This document shows positions 43,961 through 57,969 of a stretch of 64,000 nt of DNA, piece after piece. The first letter of the stretch is position 1, and each line of letters begins with the position of its first letter. A model generated the notes under the pieces. It searched no databases. It had not been told where the DNA came from and saw only the letters and a program-made list of their open reading frames with translations. The stretch is from Octopus vulgaris (Eukaryota), in the NCBI GenBank assembly GCA_951406725.2, contig OX597821.1:60574001-60638000 (forward strand), written 5' to 3'. A program made the translations under genes and the position numbers.

Positions 43961-44709
43961 TACGGACTTGTGTATCTCTTGTCTGTAATAAAAATACGCT
44001 GGTTTAAAAATCGATAAAAATGAGTGACAGAGTGAAATAAATGATGTGGTTGATACAGTTAATAAAATCTCCTGAAGGCTTTTACTCAGCCTGGGTGCAG
44101 TTCAATGAGTGATACGAACTAAGACGATAAGCATATAGAATACATAGGATATCAATATCTATAAATCTGAAATGCGAAAAGTTTGTTTGTCTGGTTTTGG
44201 CACTGGAACGGGTTAAAGGGCACTAGATCCCGTCGGATTGACTCCAAAATTTACAAGGACATGTAAAATGCGGTGAGGACGTGAGTGAGCTAGGTTAGAA
44301 ATCCCTATCTTAAAAGGTGTGGTTACTAGGGAAAAAAACGCACTTTGACAAGTCTCCTCTCATTCTCTTATCTGCATGTCTTCCTCTGTCTCTCTCTGTT
44401 TCCTCCCTTCCCATCACTTTCTCTCTATAACGACGTTTCACAGATACTACTATCTTTTCCCGCCGCCTTCGACAGCGCTCTCATTCTTTCTCTCACCGCC
44501 TCACTCTTTCCCTCTCTCTCTTTCTCTCTGTACGTCTGTCTGCATTCATAGAGAGTTTTATTATCGCCACCACCACAATCACCACACAATCATGAGAACA
44601 AATATTATGAATCAGATATTTATTGGGTTAATTTATATATGTGTGTGTGTGTGTGTGTATCTATATATAAATATGTATATATAATGTATATACATACAAA
44701 GTGTATATA

Positions 44710-44747
<38 letters not shown>

Positions 44748-44841
44748 GTATACATTTGTATATATAATGCGTACACACACACACATATATATATATAATG
44801 CGTATATACGTACATATATATATTTAATATATATTTAATGC

Positions 44842-44878
<37 letters not shown>

Positions 44879-46184
44879 GTGTGCATTATGTGGTCAGTTG
44901 AGCTGAAAATATGCACACCTATCTTAAAAGTGCTGGCGAGTTTGCATGGCAACTATTTTTTCCCTCAAATGAAAGGCGTGACCTCTAGGACAAAATTCCT
45001 CATCTTATAAAATGTGGTCCGAGTAGACCCGAATGAAATCGGGCTATATTAACCAAAATGTGAAAAGGGGTCTAAATTGGGCTGGAAGGGGATTCAAATT
45101 TACAGGAGCAGGTGTTTAGGAATTTTCTTTTACATCAAGTTCAAAATTTTACGCCAGTCGTTAAACTGCCACTACGTTGCTGTCCGTCGTTAAGAAATGC
45201 CAGCCATGGTGACTCTCCTATCCTCAGATTCTATCCATTCAAACTTTTTTTTATTCAGCTCGCAAGTTCGTCTGTCCCTTTTAAATGTTAGTGTTTTGCT
45301 GTCTGCCTTGAAGCAGACCTTTCCGTTGTCACTGCCTGATATTTATGATTGATCTTTGAAAATGTTTTTCTTTCTAAACTTACTCAAGATCTTTTGTTGT
45401 TTATAAATGGGAGAGAGATAGATAGATAAAGATAGACAGTAAGAGAAAGCGAGAGAGAGTCCGAGAGAAAGGAAGAGTAAGAGAGTGGGAAAGTGAGAGA
45501 GAAAGGAGAGAGAAAGAAAGAGGGAGAATGTGGGGATAAAAAACAGAAAGGAAGCAACAGAAAGTAACAACCACACTCTTACCCGCGCGTAGAGCGAGTC
45601 ACCTTAGGCTAGTTTTATATATTTCAAAATCATCAGATCTCTAAGTTTAAGTTATCGTAGAAGGATTGCTTTATATTGCTTGTATCACCCCTTTTGCATA
45701 CCATCAAATTCCTGTTTCCAGCCATTGGATTTACACAAAACATCGTAAAAGCGCTGCAAGCATCTCTTGTTTTTAATTACATACTGTGAAACGTGTTTGT
45801 ATTGCAATTAATGTTAGAAGTGCAACTAAAACAAAACAGCTAGTTCAAAACTCTCTAAGAGGTCAACGCAGTAGTTATACTAACAAGTAATATTCGTAGC
45901 CGCTTTAACATGGCTGTCCGTTCGATGCGCAGCTGCAACCTTACACTCTCCAAGCCGTGTAAAAGTAGCTCCGAATAAAGTACGAGTGTTACTTAAAACA
46001 AAACTATAACTTAAAAAAGTACCATATTTCATTGGTTGCAAAGGGAAGAGTACAGACATATAAGTGTAATTGCACGAAATATTTACATTAAGAGTTTAGC
46101 AAACGTATGAATGCGAGTACACGAAGAGATGTGCGCGGGCATACACACACACACACACACAGTATATGTGTAACAGCGTGTTTG

Positions 46185-46251
<67 letters not shown>

Positions 46252-46329
46252 GTATGTATATATGTGTGTATATATATATATATGTATATATAGATGTATA
46301 TATATGTATATATATATAAGTATATATAC

Positions 46330-46379
<50 letters not shown>

Positions 46380-46391
46380 ATATATATATAT

Positions 46392-46628
46392 ATAATAGTT
46401 ATCGCCATACTAATATGGCATTCTTATAAAAATAAGAAAAAAGCTGTCCGCTTATTAGCTCCATGAGGCCATCGCCTTAAGTTAGCTATTTGATACACAA
46501 ACTGTATCCATATAACCTTCGAACAAGGGAGGTCAGTCGCTCCACACTACTTGACCGGCAGCTAATAAGCGGACAGCTTTTTTCTTATTTTTATAAGAAT
46601 GCCATATTAGTATGGCGATAACTATTAT
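46392..46628. repeat. Inverted repeat, 69-bp arms, 99-nt spacer
   Basis: 46392-46460 versus 46560-46628, starting at (TA)n. Confidence 0.9.
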
Positions 46629-46734
46629 TTTCCGGGAACGCTGCCGCTGTTCTCTTTTAGAGAGACTTAGTTATTTTAATATTTCTATTATATATATATA
46701 TATATATATATAAACATACATACATATACATACA

Positions 46735-46770
<36 letters not shown>

Positions 46771-47224
46771 CACACATATTTCGTTCCGATTAATTTATTG
46801 CAAGTATTATTTTGGCGGTTGGAGAGTAGTTTAATGTTCGAAGAACAAACAAAATTCGCTGTAGTATTAATACTGTGTAACTCGAGGGAGATCCGGTTGC
46901 TGTTTCTCGCAGGTCGAGTAATTACGTAGATACTGCTTTGTTAGCTCAGATTAGTGTCTTTCGGAGTTTAGCTTGGTCATACAACTAGATTTCGATTTTT
47001 TTCTGCCTCTATTTGCTCTTGCATTCACTCATAATCGATAAGGCCAGTACAAGACTGAGATTAAAGTAGCATTGATGTAGAGATAAGATATTTGATGTAT
47101 TTATGGTAGAGATATTTCTTAACTGTTTCGATATTATGAATTAATACTAAAAAGAAATGCTTTGCATATTCATCTCATCTTTAAAATATTGTTATTTGAA
47201 TTTGCATCTGTTTTTCGTATGAAG

Positions 47225-47315
47225 CTTCGCAGGAAAGTCCGCCTGACTCTACAGTATGATGGAAATACCTTTGCGGGTACAGTAAATAACCAAAAGAAAA
47301 GTACCCAGCTTATAG
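47225..47315 (+). CDS. Exon L2: LamG-like domain
   Basis: aag|CTT...ATAG|gtatgt, phase 0-1; LRRKVRLTLQYDGNTFAGTVNNQKKSTQLI (YDG..VN motif); acceptor chosen by frame compatibility. Confidence 0.7.
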
Positions 47316-47715
47316 GTATGTGCAGCCCAAATTTTATCATTTTTTTGTCTGTCTGTCTGTCTCCTCACTCTCTCCTACTATGTTTTCTGTTTCTATGTCT
47401 CTATGAATATCTGTATGTATCTTCCTCCTTTCATTCAAACCATGTCATTTTTTTTTGTGTTATCATATTAATTATTATATCTACTCGTGCATCCTTAATT
47501 TAAATCTTGATATATAATTTCTTTCATTTCATATTCAAGCTTGATATCAGCCTTGCCCCGTGTACTCCAATTCTGTCAGTTAAAATCAAGTACAAAATAG
47601 TGCGACTTACACGCACCCTGTCGTCACTTTCACGAATAAGGGTTCAACATGAGTCAGCTTTATCGATGGCAGCAGAAATGGAATGAGTCTAGTAATTTAA
47701 TATGGCACCCTTTTT

Positions 47716-47802
<87 letters not shown>

Positions 47803-47898
47803 AGAATTCACAAACAAAAATACAAAACAAAAGACGAAGACAGGTGGTGTAGACAACAAACAGATGTATTAGTATAACGCTCGGGAAGTGAAAAAGTC

Positions 47899-47932
47899 TT
47901 TAACGTTTCGAGCATACGCTCTTGCACAGAAA
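47899..47932 (-). ncRNA. Degenerate copy of the variant-core hammerhead-like motif
   Basis: TTT-CTGTGCA-A-GAGC-GTAT-GCTC-GAAAC-GT-T-AAA. Confidence 0.35.
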
Positions 47933-48261
47933 AAAATACAGAAACAAGGAGAGAAAATAAAGAATGTGTAGTGGCTAGCGATCTTTCATGACGAATATAG
48001 ATATATATATCGACGTGCATATCTACTCACACACACACATCGGTGAACAGAGAAATAAGACTCCGGCATGCATATATTGTAGAAATGCAAAAGAATTTCA
48101 GGGAAATTTTTCACGTCTGCTCATTTTGATTTTTATGATCTATAAAGCTGTATAAAATTTACCTCAAATGCCCGTTTCTCAGGATGGTTCCCTTAGATTT
48201 ACAAGCACTTGTATACCGATGACATTACTTGCTTCGATTATATATACTGTATCCCAGTATA

Positions 48262-48570
48262 TGTGGGCTCAGTGGTTAGAGCGTCGAGCTTACGATCGTG
48301 AGGTTGTGAGTTCGATTCCCGGACCGGGCTGTGTGCTTTGTTCTTGAGCAAGACTTTATTTCACGTTACTCCACTTCACTCAGCTGTAGAAATGAGTTGC
48401 GACGTCATAGGTGTCACACTGTATCTGCTGTTGCCTTTCCCTTGGATAACACTGGTGGCGCGGAGAGGGGAGGACGGTATGCATGGGGGACTGCTGGTCT
48501 TCTATAAACAACCCTGCCCGTACTTGTGCCTGGGAGGGTAACTTTCTAGGTGCAATCCCACGGTCAGCAG
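48262..48570 (+). mobile_element. tRNA-headed SINE of a second family
   Basis: A box GGCTCAGTGG, B box GAGTTCGATTCC, followed by CTTGAGCAAG body; relatives at ~49540-49820 and ~59960-60150 (-). Confidence 0.65.
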
Positions 48571-48951
48571 CATTCCAAAACTTAGTTTGGTCTGCAGTTT
48601 GATATATTTTTAAATATGAATTTTGAGAATGAAGTTAAATAACGAGTGAAGAATACTCAAGTTTTGTAAGAGAAGAAAGGTTTCTGCAATCTAATTCATG
48701 TCGCTCTGATATATTGGTTTCAAATTTTGGCACAAGACCAGCATTTTGGGGTAAAGGTAAGTCGATTTCATCAACCCAGCGGAATTTGAACTCAGATTAG
48801 CAAGACGGACAAAATGCCGCTAAGCATTTTGCCTGACATGCTAAAATTTCTCCCAGCTCACCGTCTTATGCTTACCAAATACTTCTATTTTAAAATATTC
48901 AATTTAAAGACCGTTAGTTGTTGTTTTTACAATCTTCTTTGTTGTTTACAG

Positions 48952-49028
48952 GTAGTGTTGCTAATACACATTCCCCGCTTGTAATTGGAGGTTGTCATGA
49001 TGATTCATTTGTTGGAAAGTTGTATTAT
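48952..49028 (+). CDS. Exon L3: LamG-like domain
   Basis: gtttacag|GT...TAT|gtaagt, phase 1-0; GSVANTHSPLVIGGCHDDSFVGKLYY (PL.IGG...F.G.L motif). Confidence 0.8.
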
Positions 49029-49073
49029 GTAAGTATAGAAGCTCAGATTTTAAATAAATAATGGTTAATACTA

Positions 49074-49283
49074 TTAGGGTGGTGCATAATTATTGCGGCT
49101 TCTCTTCAACAAATTTCATTCAACAAAAACAATTATAACATTTAACAACGACATCTTTAAATAATTATTCCGGAGCATATTCACCACCTAATTCAATTAC
49201 TGCTTCCTATTTGCTTGGCAGCCAGTCGGAATAATCATTTAAAGATGAAAAAAAACCCCCGCAATAATTATGCACCAACCTAA
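49074..49283. mobile_element. Mariner-derived MITE
   Basis: TIRs TTAGGGTGGTGCATAATTATTGCGG / CCGCAATAATTATGCACCAACCTAA with TA on both sides. Confidence 0.85.
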
Positions 49284-51289
49284 TAGGTTCAGTTTGTTGA
49301 TGACCTATATCTTGTGAAGGCGAGTGAATATCTTGTGGTTAGGACGTTGGTCTCACAACCTTTAGATCGCAGGTTCTAGTTTGACCCACAAACATAAAGT
49401 CGTGGGTTCAATGATGCGAATAGAAGGCATATCATGTCTGAGTAAGGTACATAATTTCACTTTGGCCCAGTCTACTCAGCTGAAAACGAGTACCAGTCGA
49501 TTGCTGTTGCAACCCCTCCCTTCATCTCTCACTCATGTGAAGGCACGTGGCTTAGTGGTTAGGGGTATTCGGCTCACGATCGTGAGTTTGATGCCTGACG
49601 ACACGTTGTGTTCTTGAGCAAGACACTTTATTTCACGTTGCACCAGTCTACCCAGATAGCAAAAATGAGCTGTACCTGTATTTCAAAGGGCCAGCTTTGT
49701 TACATTTTGTGTCATGCTAAATCTCCCTGAGAACTACGTGGAGTACTCAACCACTTGTACCTTAAATACGCGAGCAGGTTGTTTTGTTGATCGGTTTAAC
49801 TGGAACCCTCGCCGTCGTAACTGGTGGAATGCCAGTTTGCTCGTGACCACATATACACTGAAAGCAATTAGCGAAAATATGGTGCAAGTTACGAAACCAT
49901 TTTTCGCTTACGAGCGGTGGCTGTGTTCTTTTCTTCAACGCCCCCTTGGAACTTTCCACCGCCCACTTTGGGAACCGTTGAGTACTTGGACTAGCTTTAC
50001 ACTAAGAATAGGTGGTCATAATTATATTGAAGTAAAATTAGATGTACTTCATTTAATTTTGCTTGAAAATTTGATTTTGTAAAGCGTATTCTTTCCATAC
50101 TCTTAAAATATCACACGAAAAAAACAAAACAAAAAAAAGACAAAACAAACACAAACAAACAACCAAAAAAAACAAACAATTCAAATGCTCCATTTAGTGT
50201 CACAGTATCCTTTAATAACATAGCATATTGTAACAGTATGACAGAATGTGACGCCTTGTATCGGAAGCGTTTGTCATATCACATATTACATACAAGGTAT
50301 ATCTTGGAAAACCCCTTGATGTTCTTGAAAAGAATGCATCGTCAGAACGCAGAAATAACTTCACTCTCCATTGAAAGATGACATATTTCTCTAATGATAT
50401 TTAATCGCTCATAAATCAATCTTGATTTCCTGGAGTCATTTAATCTTCAGATTTTCTCCTCTGACGCAGATATTCACGATCGATATCATACGGAAATGAG
50501 TCCCAACTTTGTGAGCTATTTTTTTTATGTTACTGGAGATTGTCTGGACTTTTAGGCTGAATCGTGGACTTAAACTCTTACATTGGATTCCAAATATCTT
50601 ACATAAATAACCAATGACAATTTCACGAAACTTGTTTCACACATCTCTTAACAACTAAGAATTGTTCTGTCGTTTGTAGAGATAGTCTATGCTAACAACG
50701 AGTGCTACCCTTGCTTATATCTACTCTGTTTTCTTCCAATAAAACTTATAACTCAAGCTCTGTGATGGATTACATTTTAATGTGTGGTTTACCTTTAATT
50801 TTGTGTGTCCCAAGAATACTATCTACAGAAACCTACCCTATTGTCTTTCAATATAACACTGTTTTCTAAATTTCTATTTCTGTTCGTTGAACTGGAATAT
50901 CTAATGACTCCAAAGTGTTGTTGGTAATTTGGCAGTTTTGAAGATGAGTTTTAAATATTTTAAACGTTAACCACGTTAAGTAAACTTGAATATATTTACT
51001 TCATTACGTCAACCGAACTTTTCTGTACAACACAGAGATATAAACACATGCACACGCATTCATATAGACATAAATACAGCCAGAGAGATAGACATGCTAA
51101 CATGCATAAATAAATAAACATCGAAAACTTTTCACAACAACGCTATAGAAAATAAAACATCAAAACACATTTGTGAAAGCAACTCAGTAAGAAAGTATAA
51201 AGTATCAGTTATATATATTTAATAAACATCCAGGATATACTATATAATAGAAACATATAGTAATATCAGTAGTATAATGACTGTCTCTC

Positions 51290-51447
51290 TGGTGTGGCTG
51301 TCTGGTAAGAAGCTTGATCCCCAACCGCATGGTTCCGTTTTCAGTACCAATGTGTTGAACGTTGGGCAAGTGTCTTTTATTATGGCCTCGGACTGACCAA
51401 AACCTTGTGAGTGGATTTGGTGGACGGAAACTAAAAGAAGCCTGTAG

Positions 51448-51495
<48 letters not shown>

Positions 51496-51980
51496 AATAT
51501 ATAAAACATTACGTTATATAATTAGGGTTCAGTAAAAAAAATTACTTTACCACACACCGAACTTGTGTGGTAAAGTAAATTTTTTTTACTGAACCCTAAT
51601 TATATAACGTAATGTTTTAAATATACCGCAAATGGTCTTTTTACATACTGAACACTACTGGGTAAAATTATTAATTAATATTTAATTAATTTTACCCTTT
51701 TATTATTATATAATATATATATATATATGTATGTATGTAAGTATGTATTTATGTATGTATGTATCTGTGTGTCTGTCTTTGTCCCTCCATCACTGTTTGA
51801 CAACCGGTGTTGGTGTGTTTTCGTCCCCGTAACTTAGTAGTTCGGCAAAACAGACCGATATAATAAGTACTAGACTTAAGAAAAATAAGTCGTGGGATCA
51901 ATTTGCTCGACTAACACCCTTCAAGGCGGTGCTCCAGCATGACCGCAGTAAAACGACTGAAACGGGTAAAAGAATGAAAG
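51290..51980 (+). mobile_element. tRNA-derived SINE with a fold-back insert in its internal (TA)n
   Basis: Family head and tail present, interrupted at 51500-51710. Confidence 0.7.
51502..51619. repeat. Inverted repeat, ~55-bp arms
   Basis: 51502-51556 versus 51564-51619. Confidence 0.9.
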
Positions 51981-51995
51981 AATCTATCTATCTAC

Positions 51996-52055
<60 letters not shown>

Positions 52056-52127
52056 TTATCTCATTCTCTTTTATTTACTGTCTGTTCGTTCGTCTGTCTG
52101 TTTGTGTATGTATGTTCACATACACAT

Positions 52128-52182
<55 letters not shown>

Positions 52183-53039
52183 CTGACGCACACAAAATAT
52201 ATATTATATAATAGAAACAATTCACAAAGTGTAGAACAAATCACGAATGGATCACGAACTTTTCCAGAAGCTCTCTTCGTTGACGTAAGCTGAAATACTT
52301 ATAACGCTAGTTGCGTCGAATAGAAGAAAAGTTTATCTCCTGACATGCAGAATATCTGAAGTGGTTTCGTTCTCTATATAAAATATTTTCATTTCATATA
52401 CATCACTTCCATTACTGATGCCATTCAAACAAAGATGGAGGTCACAATGTATTTACCCGCTTTGTTTTTTTGTCATGACAAAATAATATATGAAGATATT
52501 GACTGGTATATTCATTCTTAATACGTTTCGGCAGATTCAAACCTAAATATACTACTCACTCATGTATTTCCTCATTTAAGATGAATATGTATTTATTAGT
52601 GTAAGGAGACTATAGGACACTCGGTGTTTCGACATCGATGTATCTCCTCAGCCAAAGGCGCCTCGAACTAATGAATCTAACAAGATTTCTTGGCTCTTGT
52701 TTATAAATTCAGTAAAAATATCATTAACGTGAATATGTTAATCGCTGTAATTTATAAAGAATTCTGCTCAAAACGTTCCAATTTTTTCCCTAAGGCAAAC
52801 TTTTTTTTTTTTATCATACTTTGTGAACATTTTGTACTTAGTGTTTACCGGCATAGACTGCCACAGGTTTTTAGGATTCTACGGCGCAGGCACACAGACC
52901 ACACACATACACACACACATTAATACTGACACACACACAGGCACGTGAACACGCCTACATTCAATATCTCAGTATTTTTCGACGTAGTTATACACTCCAG
53001 TATGTTACTGTTTTATAATATTTTTTTTCATCTTTGCAG

Positions 53040-53087
53040 CTCTATATCTACAAGTGTCTTCCGAGTGATCGTCGTCACCCACAATAA
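53040..53087 (+). CDS. Terminal coding exon: end of LamG-like domain and stop
   Basis: Strong polypyrimidine acceptor ttttttttcatctttgcag| then LYIYKCLPSDRRHPQ*; completes the usual last LamG strand and closing Cys. Confidence 0.7.
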   Translation, partial: LYIYKCLPSDRRHPQ

Positions 53088-53088
53088 A
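53083..53088 (+). promoter_or_regulatory. Possible polyadenylation signal overlapping the stop codon
   Basis: AATAAA within CAA TAA AAA; may be coincidental. Confidence 0.2.
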
Positions 53089-54175
53089 AAAAAAAAGTGA
53101 AGAATCAGCCTCATTTTCGAAATGCCATGCAGAATGGACATTATAGAAATATTGACAAAAATTCTGGGACCAATGAAATTTCTTACCAATGTATTTAATC
53201 CCACTTATTGATTTCAAGGTTTTGCACAAGGCCAGTATTTTCCATGGCGGGGGTAAATCGCTTACATCGATCCCATTATTTGACTGGTACTTAATTTATC
53301 GACCCCGAAAGGATGAAAAATAAAGTCGACCCCACCGGCATTTGAATTCAGAACGTAAAGTCGGGAGAAATGTCACTAAGCATTTTCTATTTATTAATCA
53401 ATTTCTACATATTAATTATATATCTTATATTATACTTAATGTTGATGATAAATTTTTAGCTATGGAACAAACAGTGGAATGCCAGAATGAAAGAAAAGGT
53501 AGAGTGCCTTAAAGTTATTCCGATACAGAGTTACATCCCTTCCCTTTATGTTCTGTCTCGGACACTTGCCGGTGATTGCTCTGCTTTTCAGGGTCGATAA
53601 AATAAGCATGGATCGTTTATTGGTGTCGATTGTATTTGTGGTTTTGTGACCCTGTAGGAGATCAATAATACTTTTAGTTAATGCGATTGTCTTAGAGTAA
53701 AAGTTGCGCAGCTGGTGTGTTGGGGCTGTAATTCAGTTTTGATTCTCAGTTGGTGGAAATTCTGTTCGCTTAAGATATCAATTGAAAGCTTGGAAAAGCA
53801 TGATTATTACAAAATCTCATGCTAAGCTTCTTCTAAAATATCAATGGTTATCTCAGAACATTTAACTGTGAAGTAATTTTAAAAGAAATAAAAACATATA
53901 ATATTTTTATCTTTTGTTACTCTTTTAATTTTTTAAATCTTTTTCTGCGGTCATGCTGGGGCACTGCTCTAAAGGCTTTAATTGAACAAATCGAGCCCGG
54001 TACTATCTGTCTCTTTCGCAGAATCGCTTACGTACAGGATGTAAAGAAACCAACAATAGTCGTCAAGCGGTGATGGCCGGGGGGGGGGGGGGGAGGGCAA
54101 AAACAAAGACGCACACAGACACACACAGACACACACACAGACACAGACACACACAGATACACACAGACACACACA

Positions 54176-54234
<59 letters not shown>

Positions 54235-54851
54235 GCATATAACAGTCATCCACACAGTTTCCGTCTTCTAAATTCGCTCAAGGCATGATTTGCTAATTTT
54301 TATTATATAAAGGAATATCAATAAATTAAACTATACAGTCTGATCTGATGAATTTCTAAACTTTCCTAGTTTCACGAGTCTAATTTAAGCTCTGAAACAC
54401 GTCATATGACGTGTTAAAAAATAAATACCGACAAAACTGGTTATTTGATCTACAATATAAAAGTAGGCTTATCTTGAAATTATTCATATCCAAATAAATT
54501 TACGAAAATATAGAATAAAATATTATTGACCTAATGATTAACTGTCAGATCTGAAAGATTGTAAACAGATGACTTTTATACATACGGTATCTCTTCCGAT
54601 ACTTTATGGTCTGACAGCAACGTTTGAGATGATACTACAGTCAAACTGTATCGGAATAAGTCGGTGACCTGTCCCTTGGATAAACATCGATAAACATTGG
54701 AAAATGAAAGTCTTCCTTCTCAAATAGAATCTTGCACAGAGCTGCATATATAAGAGCAGATACATGGTCAGCTTCGATCAAAGGAGATCCTATCTGTGTT
54801 TCCAGAGCATTGCTTTTTATTGCTGAATTGGCGGAAGAGTTAGAGCAAATA

Positions 54852-55414
54852 TTGGGTTGTCCGGAAAGTTCGTGCCGATTTTTAAAGGAAAGAAAAAGGT
54901 CAATAGATACTTGCCATTACCCAAGCTTTACCAGGTGCTCATGAACGACGGATTTTGATAGGTTGAGGCTTTCTGCCAATTCTCGGGTTGTGCAATGTGA
55001 GTTATTCTCAATTAATGACTTGATTTGGTCATCATCTGTAGTGGATGGTCTACTTGATCGCTCTTTATCAATAAGGCTACAATTTCCAGCTCGGAACCTT
55101 GCGAACAACTTCCGTTCAGTTCTTTCGGATAAAGAAACATCACCGTAAACTGCGCATATTTCTTTGGTTGTTTGTGAGGCATTTTTCCCTTTACGAAAAA
55201 AGAAAAGCATCAAGTGCCGAAAATGAACTTTCTTATCTTCCATTTTAAAGGGTTACAGAATTAACACTGGTTAACCTTCTTCCACGAAAAGATAGCTTAA
55301 CCTGTGCTCTAAATGGAGGTGTAGTCAAATTCTATTTTATGGACTCAACCATGTTCTAAAATAAGCCGAAAGGTAAGCTACTATGAATCGGCACGAACTT
55401 TCCGGACAACCCAA
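54852..55414 (-). mobile_element. Internally deleted mariner element
   Basis: Perfect TIRs TTGGGTTGTCCGGAAAGTTCGTGCCGATT, TA TSD; ORF 54917-55243 MEDKKVHFRHLMLFFFRKGKNASQ... is the Mos1-type HTH region only. Confidence 0.9.
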
Positions 55415-56754
55415 TATCTTGCGATATTTTGCTTAGCTCTCTCCGTGATGAATTGAAATATTGCCATGGTCACCTTTGCTTTTTATGTTTCTGGGATCGA
55501 TAGAATAAAATACCAGTCCAGTCTAGGCGTCATTATATTAGAAAATATCTTGATGGGCTTGTACCTGTGATTGTAATAATTTTTATTTAAGAAGGAGGAT
55601 CAAGAGGAGAAAGAGGAGCAGCAGAAGGAGGAAGAGGAGTTGCACTCAGGATATTTGGGAGCTTTTCTAGACTTGGGAGATCGATCGGATGATGTTTACT
55701 TGGAACTCTGTAGATTGATGCTTGCAGAGAAAATTGTTCGTGCGTCCTGGTGGCTGCTGGTTTGAGTAGACAGATCGGGATGAATTTTTATTGATGTTGT
55801 GTTTGGAGTTTGACTAAAAAGAAAAATGATGACAGGTAGAGAACGGGATGAAGTTTAGGAGGTACGCAGCTTGTTAGTTGAGAAAAACGAAAGCAATTTT
55901 CAGTATCAGCTGAAGATAAACTGAAAGCAAACAGCACGTATATGAAATAATGATTGTAAAAAACTGACGAAGGAATGCTTATCAAATAATGGATTAATTT
56001 TATTTAATGTTTTCTAGGTCGTTTCTATGTGTAACCGCATCACCATCTTGGTTATAATTGCGGTAGTGTACTGTGGTTTAGTACTTGAGATTTGTTGCAA
56101 TTCAGAAACTGAAATTGTGAGAACTGGCATTTGCAGCAATTTCGAGTGTTCCAGTCATGCGTTGTTCATGAGTAGCGAGTGTATAATGTAACAACATCAT
56201 CCCTTTGATGTGAGTAGTGATTGTGGTTTGGTGTTGTTGAAGCAGACTAGTCTGTCATGTTCCCCTTTGAAGGATGTTTGAACGGATATCAACATCTCAT
56301 CTAAAATTCTTTATGGGAAAATTTCAAACAACTAAAAGAAAGAACAAACACTCACAAGCACATAACATTTGTGTAACAACTGCTGTATTTTGTCGAATGT
56401 TTTACATTTGTTCACGCATCACTTCAACAGCAGGAAGAGGAAAAAACACAGCTCTGCGTTCCCTTGTTGTGCGTACGCCTCTCTCTTAATCGTAAGAATA
56501 ATGGATTGTAGAAACGGAACGTTTCCTCTGGCAAATCTGATAGCTTAGAAAAGAGAGAAAATATTTATATGATTGTTGTTGAAAATGGGAATGAAATAGA
56601 ATGTCTATCAAAAGTACACTGACGAGAAGATATTTTATCATATATGACAATTCTTACTACTTTAAACTCTCAATGGATTTTGGAGACAATATGAATGTAT
56701 ATCAAATGTATATCAACAGTTACCGATATACAGATACATATATGTTTGTTCATG

Positions 56755-56755
56755 G

Positions 56756-56788
<33 letters not shown>

Positions 56789-56806
56789 TATATACATATA
56801 TGGATG

Positions 56807-56877
<71 letters not shown>

Positions 56878-57280
56878 GCATATGTATATATACATATGTA
56901 TATATGTGTATATATATGTAAATATATATATGTGTATATATTTATATATATGTATATATATATATGTGTGTATATATATATATGTATATATATATATGTA
57001 TATCTATATATGTATATATATATGTATATATATATATATATATTTACATATGTATATATGTATATATACATATGTATATATGTATATATATATATATATG
57101 TATATATATGTATAAATGTTTATATATATATGCATATATCTATCTATCTATATATATATATATTTATATATGTATATATGTACATATGTATATATGTGTG
57201 TATATATATAGATACATATGCATATATATGTATATACATACATACACACACATACATGCACACAGACATATATATATATA
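56755..57280. repeat. Long degenerate (TA)n/(TATG)n microsatellite, one of dozens in the window
   Basis: Direct reading. Confidence 0.95.
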
Positions 57281-57969
57281 AGTGGTAAGTGTATGTGCGT
57301 ATGTATGCGCGTGTATGTAAATGCACATAAGTACGGCAAGAGAGAGAGAGAGAGGGAGAGAGTGAAATAGAATGAAAGAGATTGACAAGTGGAGAGAAAG
57401 GGTAAAAGAGAAAGGGAAACCCACGCCTGTATATCTAATGCATAATCACACACCTACACACACTTTTCTTTCTATTATTCTACTTTAATCAAGATAAAAT
57501 ATATACACACACACACAGAATATATCTATAGTTTACTTATATAAGTCATTGGAATACGACCATGTTGGGGCACTGCCTTGAAGTCTTTTTAATCGAAGAG
57601 ATCGACCCTGATGCTTATTATTTCCCTTTGGCTAAATTAAGTGGATGTAAAGAAACTAACACCGGTTGTCAAGCGGTTGTGGAAGTACAAATGCTTGCAG
57701 AAAGATACACGCTCATATACAGAGTGTTCAATAAGTCTCTCCTCAGTGATTTTTTTTCCTCCAAGATATATTTCAAAACATGTGTAGAGTCAAATTATGT
57801 ATTGAAAATGAAAGACGACACTTTCAACACTTCTTATAAAGTTTTTTAAAGGCTTGTAAAGTCTAATATATTTTTGGTAGTCTTATACCATCTTATAAAT
57901 GTTAATTTTGCAATAAAATACTTACTGCGGAGGGACTTTTTGAACGTGCAAAGGATTGGTTGTGCGGAA

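Noticed and set aside
46455-46580. Pistol- or twister-like ribozyme in the fold-back spacer
   Set aside because: Only partial word matches (AAATAG..TTAAG..GCG; GCCGGT.AAG); required pairings could not be completed by eye.
48262-48332. tRNA gene
   Set aside because: A and B boxes are present, but the acceptor stem is poor and it continues into a repeated SINE body.
56018-56191. Alternative terminal exon VVSMCNRITILVIIAVVYC...
   Set aside because: Has an acceptor and open frame, but 53040-53087 is nearer, has a stronger acceptor and fits the LamG terminal strand-Cys-Pro pattern better; not fully excluded as an alternative end.
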